Positions 9,108 to 18,407 of a stretch of DNA of 59,150 bases are shown one piece after another. A program made the translations under genes and the position numbers. The stretch lies in the IMG/VR virus record IMGVR_UViG_3300043015_001357, positions 1-59,150 of that record; one strand, written 5' to 3'. The stretch is from a virus. Its lineage: Duplodnaviria; Caudoviricetes. The notes beneath the pieces were generated by a model that saw only the letters and a list, made by a program, of their open reading frames with translations, did not search any database and was not told the origin of the DNA. Each line of letters begins with the position of its first letter. Within the stretch, counting starts at the first letter, position 1.

Positions 9108-10334
9108 TTATCCTACAAATATTTTCAATGGAGATTCGGCGACAATAGCTTTTGCATTATCAATCATCCCTTTGTCTGTTTCAAGCAACTTAGGATAAGT
9201 CAATTCGTCAAGTATTGTCTTTAATTCGTCTCGGAGAGCTTGCTGCTCTTCCTTAGCCTGGCTTAATAAGTCCGACGCGTTTAAGCTCACATTCTCTCCA
9301 GGAATCGGCACGTTTCCACCAAACTTTCCACGCACCTGTCCGAGTGTTTCTTTAGATAGAGCGAGTGCAAATCTTCTGATCCATTGATGACCAATTGAGT
9401 TGATGTTCTCATATGGAATATTCTCAAATGGTAGAGTATTCATGTTATTGATGCCATCTTGACCGCTGTTATTATCATCTTCCCAAATGTCTGTATTATC
9501 AACCGTGAATCTAAACCAGAACTTCTCAGGTGAGACAGTATCTGGGATAGGGTAAATTCTTAGCTTATTATTGATAACCTCGTAGCTATAATGCGATGTA
9601 CGAGTATAAAGGTGGTCTTCATATGATATAGCTTGAATCTTGTTTTGCCAAGCCGGAATTACCTGAAATGACGAATCATCAGCATACTGTCCATAAGTAT
9701 GCATATCACCAACAACATTAAGTCCGCCATAGTATCCATAGAATCTCCACATTTGACGTGGCGTTACATAGAAGACTTGACGTATCTTAACTCTTTTATC
9801 TCCAACAATAGATGGAAACGAAGAAGATACAATCTCTTGAAGATCATAATCTTGCTGTTCAGAAACGGTATCAAATGAAGCAGAGTATATTGTCTGTTCT
9901 CCACCAATACCAGCTTCTGTTGCAAACTTGTTGCCTATCTGAAACGCAACTTCAAAGTTAAGCTTTGGATATTTAAGTTGAACATTTTCTGGGCCTGTAG
10001 CAATCTCACCTCTATGGTTGAACGAGCCTGTGGTTCCACCAAGAGCGGAGCCAAGGATGTTCTTTGATTGATGGATGTTAATGAGATATGAGTACTCAAG
10101 AACAGCATCTTCAAAGTTAGCGTATACGTTTTCTTCTGTAAGTTCGATATCTAGAACGTCACCACCCAAGCGCTTATAAGTAAAAGCAACCTGAGCGGCA
10201 GCACCAGATAAGAACTCATCAGAACTTGAGTATACACCTAAAGGCAAAGCATCAGCTACATTTAAAACATTACCCGTTGCTGGCAATATAATAGCTGATG
10301 TTTGAGATGTTGGTGTTAGTGTTGGTAATGACAT
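9108..10334 (-). CDS. Neck/head-tail adaptor protein (gp13-like)
   Basis: RLGGDVLDIELTEE, WIRRFALALSKETLGQVRGKFGG-IPG-VSLNASDL. Confidence 0.8.
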   Translation of the reverse strand: MSLPTLTPTSQTSAIILPATGNVLNVADALPLGVYSSSDEFLSGAAAQVAFTYKRLGGDVLDIELTEENVYANFEDAVLEYSYLINIHQSKNILGSALGGTTGSFNHRGEIATGPENVQLKYPKLNFEVAFQIGNKFATEAGIGGEQTIYSASFDTVSEQQDYDLQEIVSSSFPSIVGDKRVKIRQVFYVTPRQMWRFYGYYGGLNVVGDMHTYGQYADDSSFQVIPAWQNKIQAISYEDHLYTRTSHYSYEVINNKLRIYPIPDTVSPEKFWFRFTVDNTDIWEDDNNSGQDGINNMNTLPFENIPYENINSIGHQWIRRFALALSKETLGQVRGKFGGNVPIPGENVSLNASDLLSQAKEEQQALRDELKTILDELTYPKLLETDKGMIDNAKAIVAESPLKIFVG

Positions 10335-10355
10335 TCAATTCCCTCCGAGTCGTAG

Positions 10356-10363
10356 TAAATAGT
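10356..10363 (-). promoter_or_regulatory. Putative late promoter motif ACTATTTA
   Basis: Upstream of the gp13-like gene SD GGAGG. Confidence 0.55.
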
Positions 10364-10370
10364 TTTATTG

Positions 10371-10613
10371 CTACTCTTCGGACTTCTTGGAACGTTTTGA
10401 TTTGCGCTTAGGCTTGTCTTCTTTCTGTTCTTCAGCAGCCTTTGCTTCTTTTTCAGCAGCAAGTTTAGCAGCCTTTTCTGCTTCTTCTTTTGCTTTCTTT
10501 TCAGCAGCAGCTTTCTTTGCTGCTTCTTCAGCAAGACGCTTGGTTTCAAGTTCTTTTGATGCTTTCTCAGCAGCAAGTCTTTTAACAAGAAGTCTTTTTT
10601 GTTTGGGTTTCAT
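10371..10613 (-). CDS. Small Lys/Ala/Glu-rich helical protein
   Basis: 80 aa with AAEK repeats and basic ends; SD AAGGAG and promoter motif upstream. Confidence 0.7.
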   Translation of the reverse strand: MKPKQKRLLVKRLAAEKASKELETKRLAEEAAKKAAAEKKAKEEAEKAAKLAAEKEAKAAEEQKEDKPKRKSKRSKKSEE

Positions 10614-10638
10614 ATTGAGTCTCCTTAAATGAATATTG

Positions 10639-10729
10639 TAATTAGTTTAAAAAAAGAAAACCCCCAACCGAAAGGAAGGGGGCTCTTATGAGTTAATCTA
10701 AGTTATAGATTAAGCTCCAGACTCTCCGA
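10639..10729. repeat. Direct repeat copy 1 (gene end GESGA + terminator + promoter motif)
   Basis: Near-identical to 11216-11311. Confidence 0.9.
10647..10683 (-). terminator. Intrinsic terminator
   Basis: CCCCC...GGGGG stem followed by TTTTCTTTTTTT. Confidence 0.75.
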
Positions 10730-11210
10730 AGATCTCTTTTTTTGCTGCCATTAGTTGTTGGATTTTTTCTTGATAATTACATCCGCCGAATTGCTCAATA
10801 AGTTCTTCTGTGGTTGGTTGGATTTTAACAACTTCATATGCTGCTTCTTCATCTGGAAAATCATAGCTAGGGTCTTCAAAATCCAGCATTCCCCAAGATT
10901 CTATATCTAACCAGCCCTTTTCGCCTTCGGTATCCCAATAGGTTCCCTCCGGCTCATAATACACTGCGACATGGCCGATCATTCTACCGTGGTTTTTCCA
11001 CATGTACTTGTTTGCGGCCACAACAAGGGTTCCTTCGCCATCAAATAAAACATTATTAATAGCCATGGCCGCCTCGGCACAAGCCCCGCCAAATCCCTTT
11101 ATATTGGCTTTTTCTAATATTTTAAATACGATATCTAAATCTTTCTGTGTTTTTGGTGCACCCTGATATTCGGCTAAGTATTTTCGCCAACTTTCAATTA
11201 TTACTTTCAT
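10710..11210 (-). CDS. Hypothetical protein with capsid-targeting-like leader; possible Cys-His-Asp (papain/transglutaminase-like) enzyme
   Basis: MKVIIESWRKYLAE leader; GGACAEAA, GHVAV and YWD motifs. Confidence 0.7.
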   Translation of the reverse strand: MKVIIESWRKYLAEYQGAPKTQKDLDIVFKILEKANIKGFGGACAEAAMAINNVLFDGEGTLVVAANKYMWKNHGRMIGHVAVYYEPEGTYWDTEGEKGWLDIESWGMLDFEDPSYDFPDEEAAYEVVKIQPTTEELIEQFGGCNYQEKIQQLMAAKKEIFGESGA

Positions 11211-11215
11211 ACAAA

Positions 11216-11311
11216 TAATTAGTTTAAAAAAAAGAAAACCCCCAACCGTAATGGAAGGGGGCTCTTATGGTCTAATCTAAGCTATAGATTAGGACGCTCC
11301 GGACTCTCCGA
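11216..11311. repeat. Direct repeat copy 2 (capsid gene end + terminator + promoter motif)
   Basis: Near-identical to 10639-10729. Confidence 0.9.
11226..11262 (-). terminator. Intrinsic terminator after the major capsid gene
   Basis: CCCCC...GGGGG stem followed by a T-rich tail. Confidence 0.8.
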
Positions 11312-13037
11312 GAAGGCCACGGACGATTACAAGACCGTACATGTCAGGGCGTACCATTTTCTTCGCATAGCGAGTCATGACACCCTTACGAGGTACGAAA
11401 TCCTCTGGGCCAAAGATTGTAGGAGTAGTTTGGAGCGGTACATACGGAGCATATACATATCCAGACTCAAGGAAGCTATTTCCTTTACGTCCTACAAGAA
11501 CCACATTACGTGGGAAGTAAGGATCAACGATAACGTCGAACTTACGGCTGAGAGATCCAACCTTAACAGCACCGATATCACCCTTGTCAGCATCAGCAGT
11601 TACGTTTGCACGGAATCCGCTAGTGAATTCAAGAATGTTAGCAACTTCAGGAGAAACGATTACGAAGTTCGCTCCACCACGAAGTGTCTTACGGTGGATT
11701 TGAGCAGAAACGTCATTGATAGTTTCAATGAGAGTCTCATACCATTCGCTAACTGTACCGGTGAAATCTGGAGCAGCAGCAGATGCACCAATCTCAGCAC
11801 CAGTAGTGCGGTTAACAAAAAGACCAGGTGAACGCGCCCAGTAGTAAGTTCCAGCAGTAGCGCCTTTGATGAGGTCTTCAAGGATCTCACGGTCGATTTC
11901 AAGAGCAATTTGCTCAGAAAGGATAGAAGTCAATTCTACTTCAGCATCCAAGTTGTGGTAAGCGTTCAAGTCTTGTCCAAGTTCTGGAGTCCACTTTGCT
12001 TTCAACTTCTTGGTCATTGCTGTGATAGCAATTGAATCAACCTTGATATCGATTTCAGGGATGTTTTCGTTTCCTTCAAGTCCCCAATAATCTGTACCCT
12101 TGATAGCACCAAGAGCAAGTCCTGAAGTTGTAAGATTATCAGTTTGTGTCCACTGAATTTCGTTACCAGCATCATTCATAGCAGCAATCATGTCAGTTGA
12201 CAATTGTGCTGGAGTACCAGAAGAAGCACCATCAGTATCAGTACCAACGAAAACCAACTTGATACGCTCGTTAGCTGCATCATAGCTGCTCAAACGACGG
12301 ATAAGACGACCGTGATATCCGTTAGAACCAGAAGCAATACCGTTTCCAATAGAAGAAGAAACGTTGATAGCAACAAGGTTCTTAAGGTTTACTTGGTCAA
12401 GACCGCTAGCAAGCACAGAAACAACAGCGAACTCAGTAGAGCCAGAAACGAAGTCTGGATCAAAACGAACAAGTTTGTCGTTAGAACCACCAAATGTGTC
12501 TTTACCACCATCTTGTGCAGTCAAAGTTACAGCATTAGTAGCAGAAGAACCAGTTGGAGAAGAATAACCGTTGTTCATTCCGTAAGGACCAACATCACGG
12601 TCAGCGTCGATACCATCAAGCGTAACACCTTCTGAGATTTCAGAAGCAAGTTTATCAGTACCATACAAAGATTGTCCTTGTGCATTTCCAAGACGCTCAC
12701 GGTCAAAAGAAAAATCAAGGAAGAAAATGAGACCAGATGGAAGGCTCATTGGCTGAACAGATACAAGATCGTTAGCGATAAGTCCGGCGAATACACGACG
12801 AACGATTGGGAATGCAACAGCAGCGAAACCTTCTACGTCTCCACCAGCCATTGTGTTAGATTCGCGAAGAAGTTCCTTCGCTTGGTTTTCAAGCAAACGA
12901 GCCATAGTTGACTTCTGATGCTCATTTTGAAGACCTTCAAGTAGACCGGTTTTTCCCCACTTGGAAAGAAGAGCAGAGCCTTCCTTCTTCATGTCACGGT
13001 TTACGATGCCTTCTGTAAGTGTTTCAATAATAGACAT
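11289..13037 (-). CDS. gp23: Major capsid protein (T4 gp23 family)
   Basis: FPIVRRVF, VSVQPMSLPSGLIFFLDF, KLKAKWTPELGQDLNAYHNLDAEVELTSILSEQIALEIDREI, GYVYAPYVPL, PRKGVMTRY. Confidence 0.97.
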   Translation of the reverse strand: MSIIETLTEGIVNRDMKKEGSALLSKWGKTGLLEGLQNEHQKSTMARLLENQAKELLRESNTMAGGDVEGFAAVAFPIVRRVFAGLIANDLVSVQPMSLPSGLIFFLDFSFDRERLGNAQGQSLYGTDKLASEISEGVTLDGIDADRDVGPYGMNNGYSSPTGSSATNAVTLTAQDGGKDTFGGSNDKLVRFDPDFVSGSTEFAVVSVLASGLDQVNLKNLVAINVSSSIGNGIASGSNGYHGRLIRRLSSYDAANERIKLVFVGTDTDGASSGTPAQLSTDMIAAMNDAGNEIQWTQTDNLTTSGLALGAIKGTDYWGLEGNENIPEIDIKVDSIAITAMTKKLKAKWTPELGQDLNAYHNLDAEVELTSILSEQIALEIDREILEDLIKGATAGTYYWARSPGLFVNRTTGAEIGASAAAPDFTGTVSEWYETLIETINDVSAQIHRKTLRGGANFVIVSPEVANILEFTSGFRANVTADADKGDIGAVKVGSLSRKFDVIVDPYFPRNVVLVGRKGNSFLESGYVYAPYVPLQTTPTIFGPEDFVPRKGVMTRYAKKMVRPDMYGLVIVRGLLGESGAS

Positions 13038-13059
13038 TTTTTAACCTCCTTAAATATTG

Positions 13060-14274
13060 TTATTTAATGCCCGCAAGTTTTTTCATCTGCTCTGCAAATG
13101 TATGCTCGGAAGATTCATTAACTTGCTGTTTTTTGCGTGGAAGAATTCCAGATAAGTTAGATTTTCTCTGTACAGACTCGCTTAGGGTTCTGGGTGACTT
13201 GTTTTCAGTACCAGAAGTTACCGTAGCATTTAGAGCCTCGTGAAGATTCTTAGCTTCTTCGGGAGTTCTTGCCTTGGCGATGGCTTCAACAATTTTATTT
13301 TTTTGTCGCTCATTCAAGGAGGCATCGCCTAAAGTTTTGTTAGAATAAATCAATTTAGCGTTGGAAAGAAGTGTCTCGTTGAGTTTTTGAGAAAGCTTCT
13401 CAACAGCGTCTTTATATTGCTTATTCTTCAATTTAAATCGTTTGAGGATTTCTTTAAGGTCCTCATTTTCCTTTGCCTTTTCTTCGGCTGCTTCTTTAGC
13501 TTTTTGCATCTCCATTTCATATTGGAGAGTTGGTTCGAATGTTTCATGATATCCAGTCTTTTCTTGACCCATATCTACGGTCAATTCTTCTTCGATGACT
13601 TCAGTATCATCACTATACATTTCGTTCATAAGATTCATGATCTCATTTACAAGAGCATCTTCATCTTCTTCTTTTTCTTCTTGGAGTTCAAGCCCTAGAT
13701 CTAATTCATCATCACCACCTTGTTCAGGAGCTTGTTCTCCGCCAAGGTCAAGGTCACCAAGCAATTCTTCTGGACCTTCAAGTGAAGACTTCGGAGCATC
13801 CGCTTCACCAGAAAGCTCTGCTTTGATGGCATCTAAATCTAAAACAAATTCATCAGATGGAACTTCCATAGTCATTTCAACAGAACGGTCATCATTCATG
13901 GGATTACCAGCAAATGGAACCCCTTCAATATTACCAGCACCCATTTCAGAACCACCACCCATGGCCATTCCTTCTTCTTCTTGAAGCAAATCTTCTTCTG
14001 TAAGATCTGAAATTTCTGATTCAGAAACAACAAATGGTTTTGTTGATTCGTTTTGCAGTGTATATTTGCCACCCTCAACTTCCATTACATTGTAGATTTG
14101 TCCTTCATATTTTACTTGTTTGTGAGAAGGTCTAGAATCTGATTCCAAAAGACTTTCAACTGCATCTTTAATCTGTGGTGCAAATTTCTCAATAAGTGCT
14201 TGCTCTGCGTTTTTGAGAGCAGCTTCACGCAACGCCTGTGCGTCGACGATAGCTTGTTCTAACATTGAAGACAT
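13060..14274 (-). CDS. Prohead core scaffold protein (gp22-like)
   Basis: Acidic coiled coil directly upstream of the capsid gene; many LxE sites; LSNAKLIYSNK; MKKLAGIK end. Confidence 0.8.
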   Translation of the reverse strand: MSSMLEQAIVDAQALREAALKNAEQALIEKFAPQIKDAVESLLESDSRPSHKQVKYEGQIYNVMEVEGGKYTLQNESTKPFVVSESEISDLTEEDLLQEEEGMAMGGGSEMGAGNIEGVPFAGNPMNDDRSVEMTMEVPSDEFVLDLDAIKAELSGEADAPKSSLEGPEELLGDLDLGGEQAPEQGGDDELDLGLELQEEKEEDEDALVNEIMNLMNEMYSDDTEVIEEELTVDMGQEKTGYHETFEPTLQYEMEMQKAKEAAEEKAKENEDLKEILKRFKLKNKQYKDAVEKLSQKLNETLLSNAKLIYSNKTLGDASLNERQKNKIVEAIAKARTPEEAKNLHEALNATVTSGTENKSPRTLSESVQRKSNLSGILPRKKQQVNESSEHTFAEQMKKLAGIK

Positions 14275-14305
14275 TAAGTTAACTCCTAAATAATACGTAT
14301 CATTC

Positions 14306-14313
14306 TAAATAGT
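14306..14313 (-). promoter_or_regulatory. Putative late promoter motif ACTATTTA
   Basis: Upstream of the scaffold/capsid operon. Confidence 0.55.
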
Positions 14314-14335
14314 GATAACCCATGGAAAAAGCCAA

Positions 14336-15946
14336 TTATACAACTTTATTGATAATATTCCATCCACTGGCTCCAACACACAACAATGTAACGGCTCCTC
14401 CGTCTGTATTTATGACGTAATCTTCATTGCCACTAATATAGTCTCCAGATGCTGCGTTGATGGTTACATTGTTCGTACCAGCCATACCAGATATGTCTGT
14501 TATAATCAAAATTCGTCCGGCATCATCATTCGTCGGAGAAGGTAGATTAATTGTTCTAGAAGACCTTGTATCGACTGTCAAACAATGATGGTTGTCTCCA
14601 ACAGAGAAAGGTGAAGAAGAAACAAGGTCAACTTGAATCTTTCTCTGCCCACCGGTTTGTAAGCCTTTGGATATCTCAAGATCTCCGGAAGATCCTAGAG
14701 TCATTAGCGACGTACCAGTCGTATTGAGATTGCCCATTCCATTTGTGCCATAATATGGAATATTGTTTTTCCATTCAAAGCCAGCCGAGTTATATTGTGA
14801 AAAGAACACAAGCTTTTGATCACTGTTTGTTGTGTTTCCGTTGAGAGCGATACCAGCAAAGTGAGAATTGTTCTTCATTAAGGTAAAGACAACGTTCTCA
14901 ACTGTTGAACTGTTTGAGATATATCCTAAACCTTCGCCTGATGTATAGTTTCCGATAGGGAGAGTATCTTTGTTGATAGAGATACCGAAGCCACCCTTAT
15001 CATATATTGGGTGCGTTCCACCTAACTTAAGGGATTCAAAGGCTACTAGATTGTTTCCTTGGATATTTTCAAACCTATGTGTAGAGCCGCCAATTGACGC
15101 TCCACCATTTGTAATAGGAATGATACCAGAAGACCCAATGACCATTTGATCTTGGACTTTTACTTGATTATTATAACATTCGATAGCAACATTATCAATA
15201 TCCCCGGCTTTTGTTACATAAAATTTAAGCCTACCGTCTCCATCTGAGTCGGTTTGTGCTAAAATGAGAGCAGAGCGCTTAAGTGTAGAAGAACCTGTAT
15301 GGGCAAAGAATGCTATTCTTGCTATTTCATCGTTTGTATTAACTCCTCTTGGTGCCGATGGCGTGCCTCTAGTTTTTGTAAAAGCCCAATAAGATCCACC
15401 TACTGAGTCTGCCGCTGTATCTACTGAAAATGTAGCCGACTCATTGATATCTCCAATAACTTGAAATTTATGTTGAGGTTGTGTTGTTGATACCCATTCA
15501 TCACTAGGACTTCTTCCTCCTCCAAGTTCCATACCAACACCAATAGACTCTTTACCAATCAGAGAACCAGATACTTTGAGGTTGAAGTTTTCGTCAACAA
15601 GAATACCCGAATTACCAGCAAATGAGCCATTATCGTTAAATTGAACCTGTCTATCTGAACCACCGGGAGGGTTTGCCCCTGAGCCCGTCGCTGGTGCTTG
15701 GAAAGATAGATTACCATTCCCGTCTGTTGTGAGAACTTGATTTGTATTTCCATCTGTTGTTGGAAAGGTAAAAGTGTCATTAAATGTAATATTTCCTTGT
15801 GAACCTGAAATCTTAATTCTTGACTGCCCAGCCGTTTTAAGATCAATGAAATCTTCATCAAAGTCAATAAGGGTATCCCCCTCTGCATCATTTTGTGCCT
15901 TTATATCTCCGAACTTTCGTTCACCAACTGAATATTTATAAGCCAT
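14336..15946 (-). CDS. Fibre/decoration-type virion protein (MAYK family)
   Basis: MAYKY N-terminus; PTTDGNTNQVLTTDGNGNLSF and GSDRQVQFNDNG fibre motifs; shared C-terminal beta module. Confidence 0.7.
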   Translation of the reverse strand: MAYKYSVGERKFGDIKAQNDAEGDTLIDFDEDFIDLKTAGQSRIKISGSQGNITFNDTFTFPTTDGNTNQVLTTDGNGNLSFQAPATGSGANPPGGSDRQVQFNDNGSFAGNSGILVDENFNLKVSGSLIGKESIGVGMELGGGRSPSDEWVSTTQPQHKFQVIGDINESATFSVDTAADSVGGSYWAFTKTRGTPSAPRGVNTNDEIARIAFFAHTGSSTLKRSALILAQTDSDGDGRLKFYVTKAGDIDNVAIECYNNQVKVQDQMVIGSSGIIPITNGGASIGGSTHRFENIQGNNLVAFESLKLGGTHPIYDKGGFGISINKDTLPIGNYTSGEGLGYISNSSTVENVVFTLMKNNSHFAGIALNGNTTNSDQKLVFFSQYNSAGFEWKNNIPYYGTNGMGNLNTTGTSLMTLGSSGDLEISKGLQTGGQRKIQVDLVSSSPFSVGDNHHCLTVDTRSSRTINLPSPTNDDAGRILIITDISGMAGTNNVTINAASGDYISGNEDYVINTDGGAVTLLCVGASGWNIINKVV

Positions 15947-15969
15947 ATTTTGTTCTCCTCATCTATCTT

Positions 15970-16004
15970 TAAATAGTAAAAAGGGCCGAGCAAAGCCCGA
16001 CCCC
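15970..16004 (-). terminator. Intrinsic terminator abutting the ACTATTTA promoter motif
   Basis: GGGTCGGGC-TTT-GCTCGGCCC followed by TTTTT, then ACTATTTA at 15970-15977. Confidence 0.75.
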
Positions 16005-16028
16005 ATATGTGTTTTATATTTGATTTTA

Positions 16029-17525
16029 TTAACTAGAAACCAAACCTGCTTTGATGTTATTGAGTTGAGCAGAACTGTGGAACCCAACACGAACTTCAAC
16101 ATCGTCACCGGTGGTAATAGTACCGATACCAGAACTATCGACTTCCCAATATTCCCCATCGTCACCCTTTTGGTAAACTTTGAAAGCATGAGTTCCATCA
16201 CTCTGGTCTTCCCAGACCATTTTAAAGTTATTATCTGCATCACCAGAATCTGGTGCAGTAAGTGCTCCGTTCGTCCAGCCCCAATGTGCTGTATCTCCAG
16301 AACTTTTGTCAGAAGCAAACGGACTAACAAACGCTCTAGAAGCAGCAGCAGAAGAATTGCCATTAGATGTCATATGGATCTTGTAATTTTGTGTCTTAAA
16401 TAAAACACCGCCTTTGAGTGTTGAGCCAACATAGAAAGTAACGTAAGCATGGGTCCACGCACCATTTGCAGGCCCGCCACCAGGACGTGGTGCTGCGATA
16501 ACTTCAAGATTATAACCAGAGCTTAGAGTAAATGTATCACCTGTAGCGGCTCCGATCCATGTATCTGAGGTAACTGAGGGCTTCAAGGAGTCGTTTGTTC
16601 CATCACCATCCATATCCCAAGCGGTCATATTTGTTGTATTGGTGTATGACATTACAGAAAGACTAGCATCCGGATCACTTGAACCACTACCACTAGAAAC
16701 AGTAACTTCGTGTTCGTGTCTGGTGTATTCTGCGATAGTTGTATAAGCATCGGACATTCTCATGATACGCATTTCAACTTTATCAACAGAGCCGCTAGCT
16801 GGTGTGGGCTCTGATTCTCCTTCCCAATGAATAGCAGATCCAGTTCCATTAACCTTAACAGCATTCGGAATATAACCAGTTGCTCCTTGGTCTAGAACCA
16901 AAGTTGCTTTTGTGGTCTCATTATTTGAGATAGTGAGTTCTGTAAATGCAGCAGTGAAATTGGCTGCAATGCTACTGTGATAGAAAACGTGAGAGTTGCT
17001 ACAATCGTGTGTAGTATCTCCGGTTGCTCCAGTGATTACATTGAGAGTCTCAACCAAAGAAGCGTCTCCACCAGCACCACCAGAACCTGTAGCATCTGTT
17101 TTCCAATAAATACTTCCAGCACCATCAGTAGCCAATACTTGCCCTGCTGTACCGTCTGCTGTAGGTAGTGAGAAAGCGTCTCTCATTTCAAAAGAGTCGC
17201 AGATAACATCAAGTGAATCGTTTGTATTGAGACCAGCAACTGCGGTACTCACAACAGTCCAGCCAGTACCGGTTGATTCTAGAACAACTCTTTGGTTGTT
17301 AGTGCTGATTGTCAGGCTTGCACTTCCATCAATATCTTCACCAGAAGCAGCATTGATAGTGACATTATTAGCAGCAGCATCTCCAACTGTATCTTCAACT
17401 GAAATTTTACGAACAGCACGAGGTGCATCTGCGAGGTTAATTGTTTTTCTAGCAGTTGAATCAGCAAGGATTCTCCAACCACCAAGCGGTGCAATAGTAT
17501 CACCGTTTGCATCTGTAATAGGCAT
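16029..17525 (-). CDS. Fibre-like virion protein
   Basis: Family beta module at the N-terminus; LPTADGTAGQVLATDGAG motif; beta-rich C-terminus. Confidence 0.7.
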   Translation of the reverse strand: MPITDANGDTIAPLGGWRILADSTARKTINLADAPRAVRKISVEDTVGDAAANNVTINAASGEDIDGSASLTISTNNQRVVLESTGTGWTVVSTAVAGLNTNDSLDVICDSFEMRDAFSLPTADGTAGQVLATDGAGSIYWKTDATGSGGAGGDASLVETLNVITGATGDTTHDCSNSHVFYHSSIAANFTAAFTELTISNNETTKATLVLDQGATGYIPNAVKVNGTGSAIHWEGESEPTPASGSVDKVEMRIMRMSDAYTTIAEYTRHEHEVTVSSGSGSSDPDASLSVMSYTNTTNMTAWDMDGDGTNDSLKPSVTSDTWIGAATGDTFTLSSGYNLEVIAAPRPGGGPANGAWTHAYVTFYVGSTLKGGVLFKTQNYKIHMTSNGNSSAAASRAFVSPFASDKSSGDTAHWGWTNGALTAPDSGDADNNFKMVWEDQSDGTHAFKVYQKGDDGEYWEVDSSGIGTITTGDDVEVRVGFHSSAQLNNIKAGLVSS

Positions 17526-17573
17526 AATATATCTCCATATGTTAGTTTGTATTAAATAGTATTTTGGGAGTAG

Positions 17574-17610
17574 AAAAGAAGCCGGTCAACAAATAAATGC
17601 TAACCGGCTT
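17574..17610 (-). terminator. Probable intrinsic terminator
   Basis: AAGCCGGT...ACCGGCTT stem with a T-rich tail; ACTATTTA follows at 17553-17560. Confidence 0.55.
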
Positions 17611-17646
17611 TGACATGTCAAGCAATGCTTTGACTAGTCGATGAAA

Positions 17647-18315
17647 TTAGAACAGTTTCCAAAGGTTAGTAGCAACATATACAACTTCAATAGCAGCATT
17701 TGGCGACTCAAGAATGATTGAGGAAACCCCATCAATAGTATGAGAGCCTTGTGCGCTGATTGTGATAGTGTAAGAATTAGAGCAATCCGCTGGTGCTTTA
17801 ATCTTTACAATATCTCCAACTGAAGGAGCCAATGGTAAGCTTACGCTCTTGGCTTGGCCAAGTGTAGCGAAGTAGTTATAACCATTGTCAAGTGTTTCTC
17901 CGTTATCTGCAAGGTTAACATTCTCACGAATATCACCAGCAAAAACTTCACCAGAGATTGTAGAAGCAGACAAGTGCGCTTGTAGAGTAACACTCTGTTC
18001 GAAAACAGCGATACCACGAGCACTTAGAGAACCGTCAACAACAACGTCATCGCTAAACAATGCGTCTTCATCAACAGTAAGTCCACCACGAATACTAGTA
18101 GAAACACCGCTAGCAGCAAGGTCAACTTCACCAGCAACATCCAATGTACCAGCCAAAGATGATGCACCGGCGATAGTGAGGTCACCACCAGCCTGTAATG
18201 CTGCAGAAGCCGAAACTTCAACCGCAGAAACATCAGAAGAGTCAGCAGTAATACTACCCTCCTGAACAAGGGAACCGCTTAGTACAGCAGTGCCCACCTG
18301 AAATTTATAAGCCAT
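17647..18315 (-). CDS. Fibre/decoration-type virion protein (MAYK family)
   Basis: MAYKFQVGTAVLSGSLVQEG; C-terminal module VSLPLAPSVGDIVKIK...IDG...ILESPNAA. Confidence 0.7.
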   Translation of the reverse strand: MAYKFQVGTAVLSGSLVQEGSITADSSDVSAVEVSASAALQAGGDLTIAGASSLAGTLDVAGEVDLAASGVSTSIRGGLTVDEDALFSDDVVVDGSLSARGIAVFEQSVTLQAHLSASTISGEVFAGDIRENVNLADNGETLDNGYNYFATLGQAKSVSLPLAPSVGDIVKIKAPADCSNSYTITISAQGSHTIDGVSSIILESPNAAIEVVYVATNLWKLF

Positions 18316-18352
18316 ATCATAATTCCTCCCAAAATTTTAAATATAGTTAAGT

Positions 18353-18382
18353 AAAAAGGGGTCGGGCCATAGACCCGACCCC
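18353..18382 (-). terminator. Intrinsic terminator
   Basis: GGGGTCGGG-N7-CCCGACCCC followed by TTTTT. Confidence 0.85.
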
Positions 18383-18407
18383 AGCAAGGTATTCTTGCGA
18401 ACAAGAA

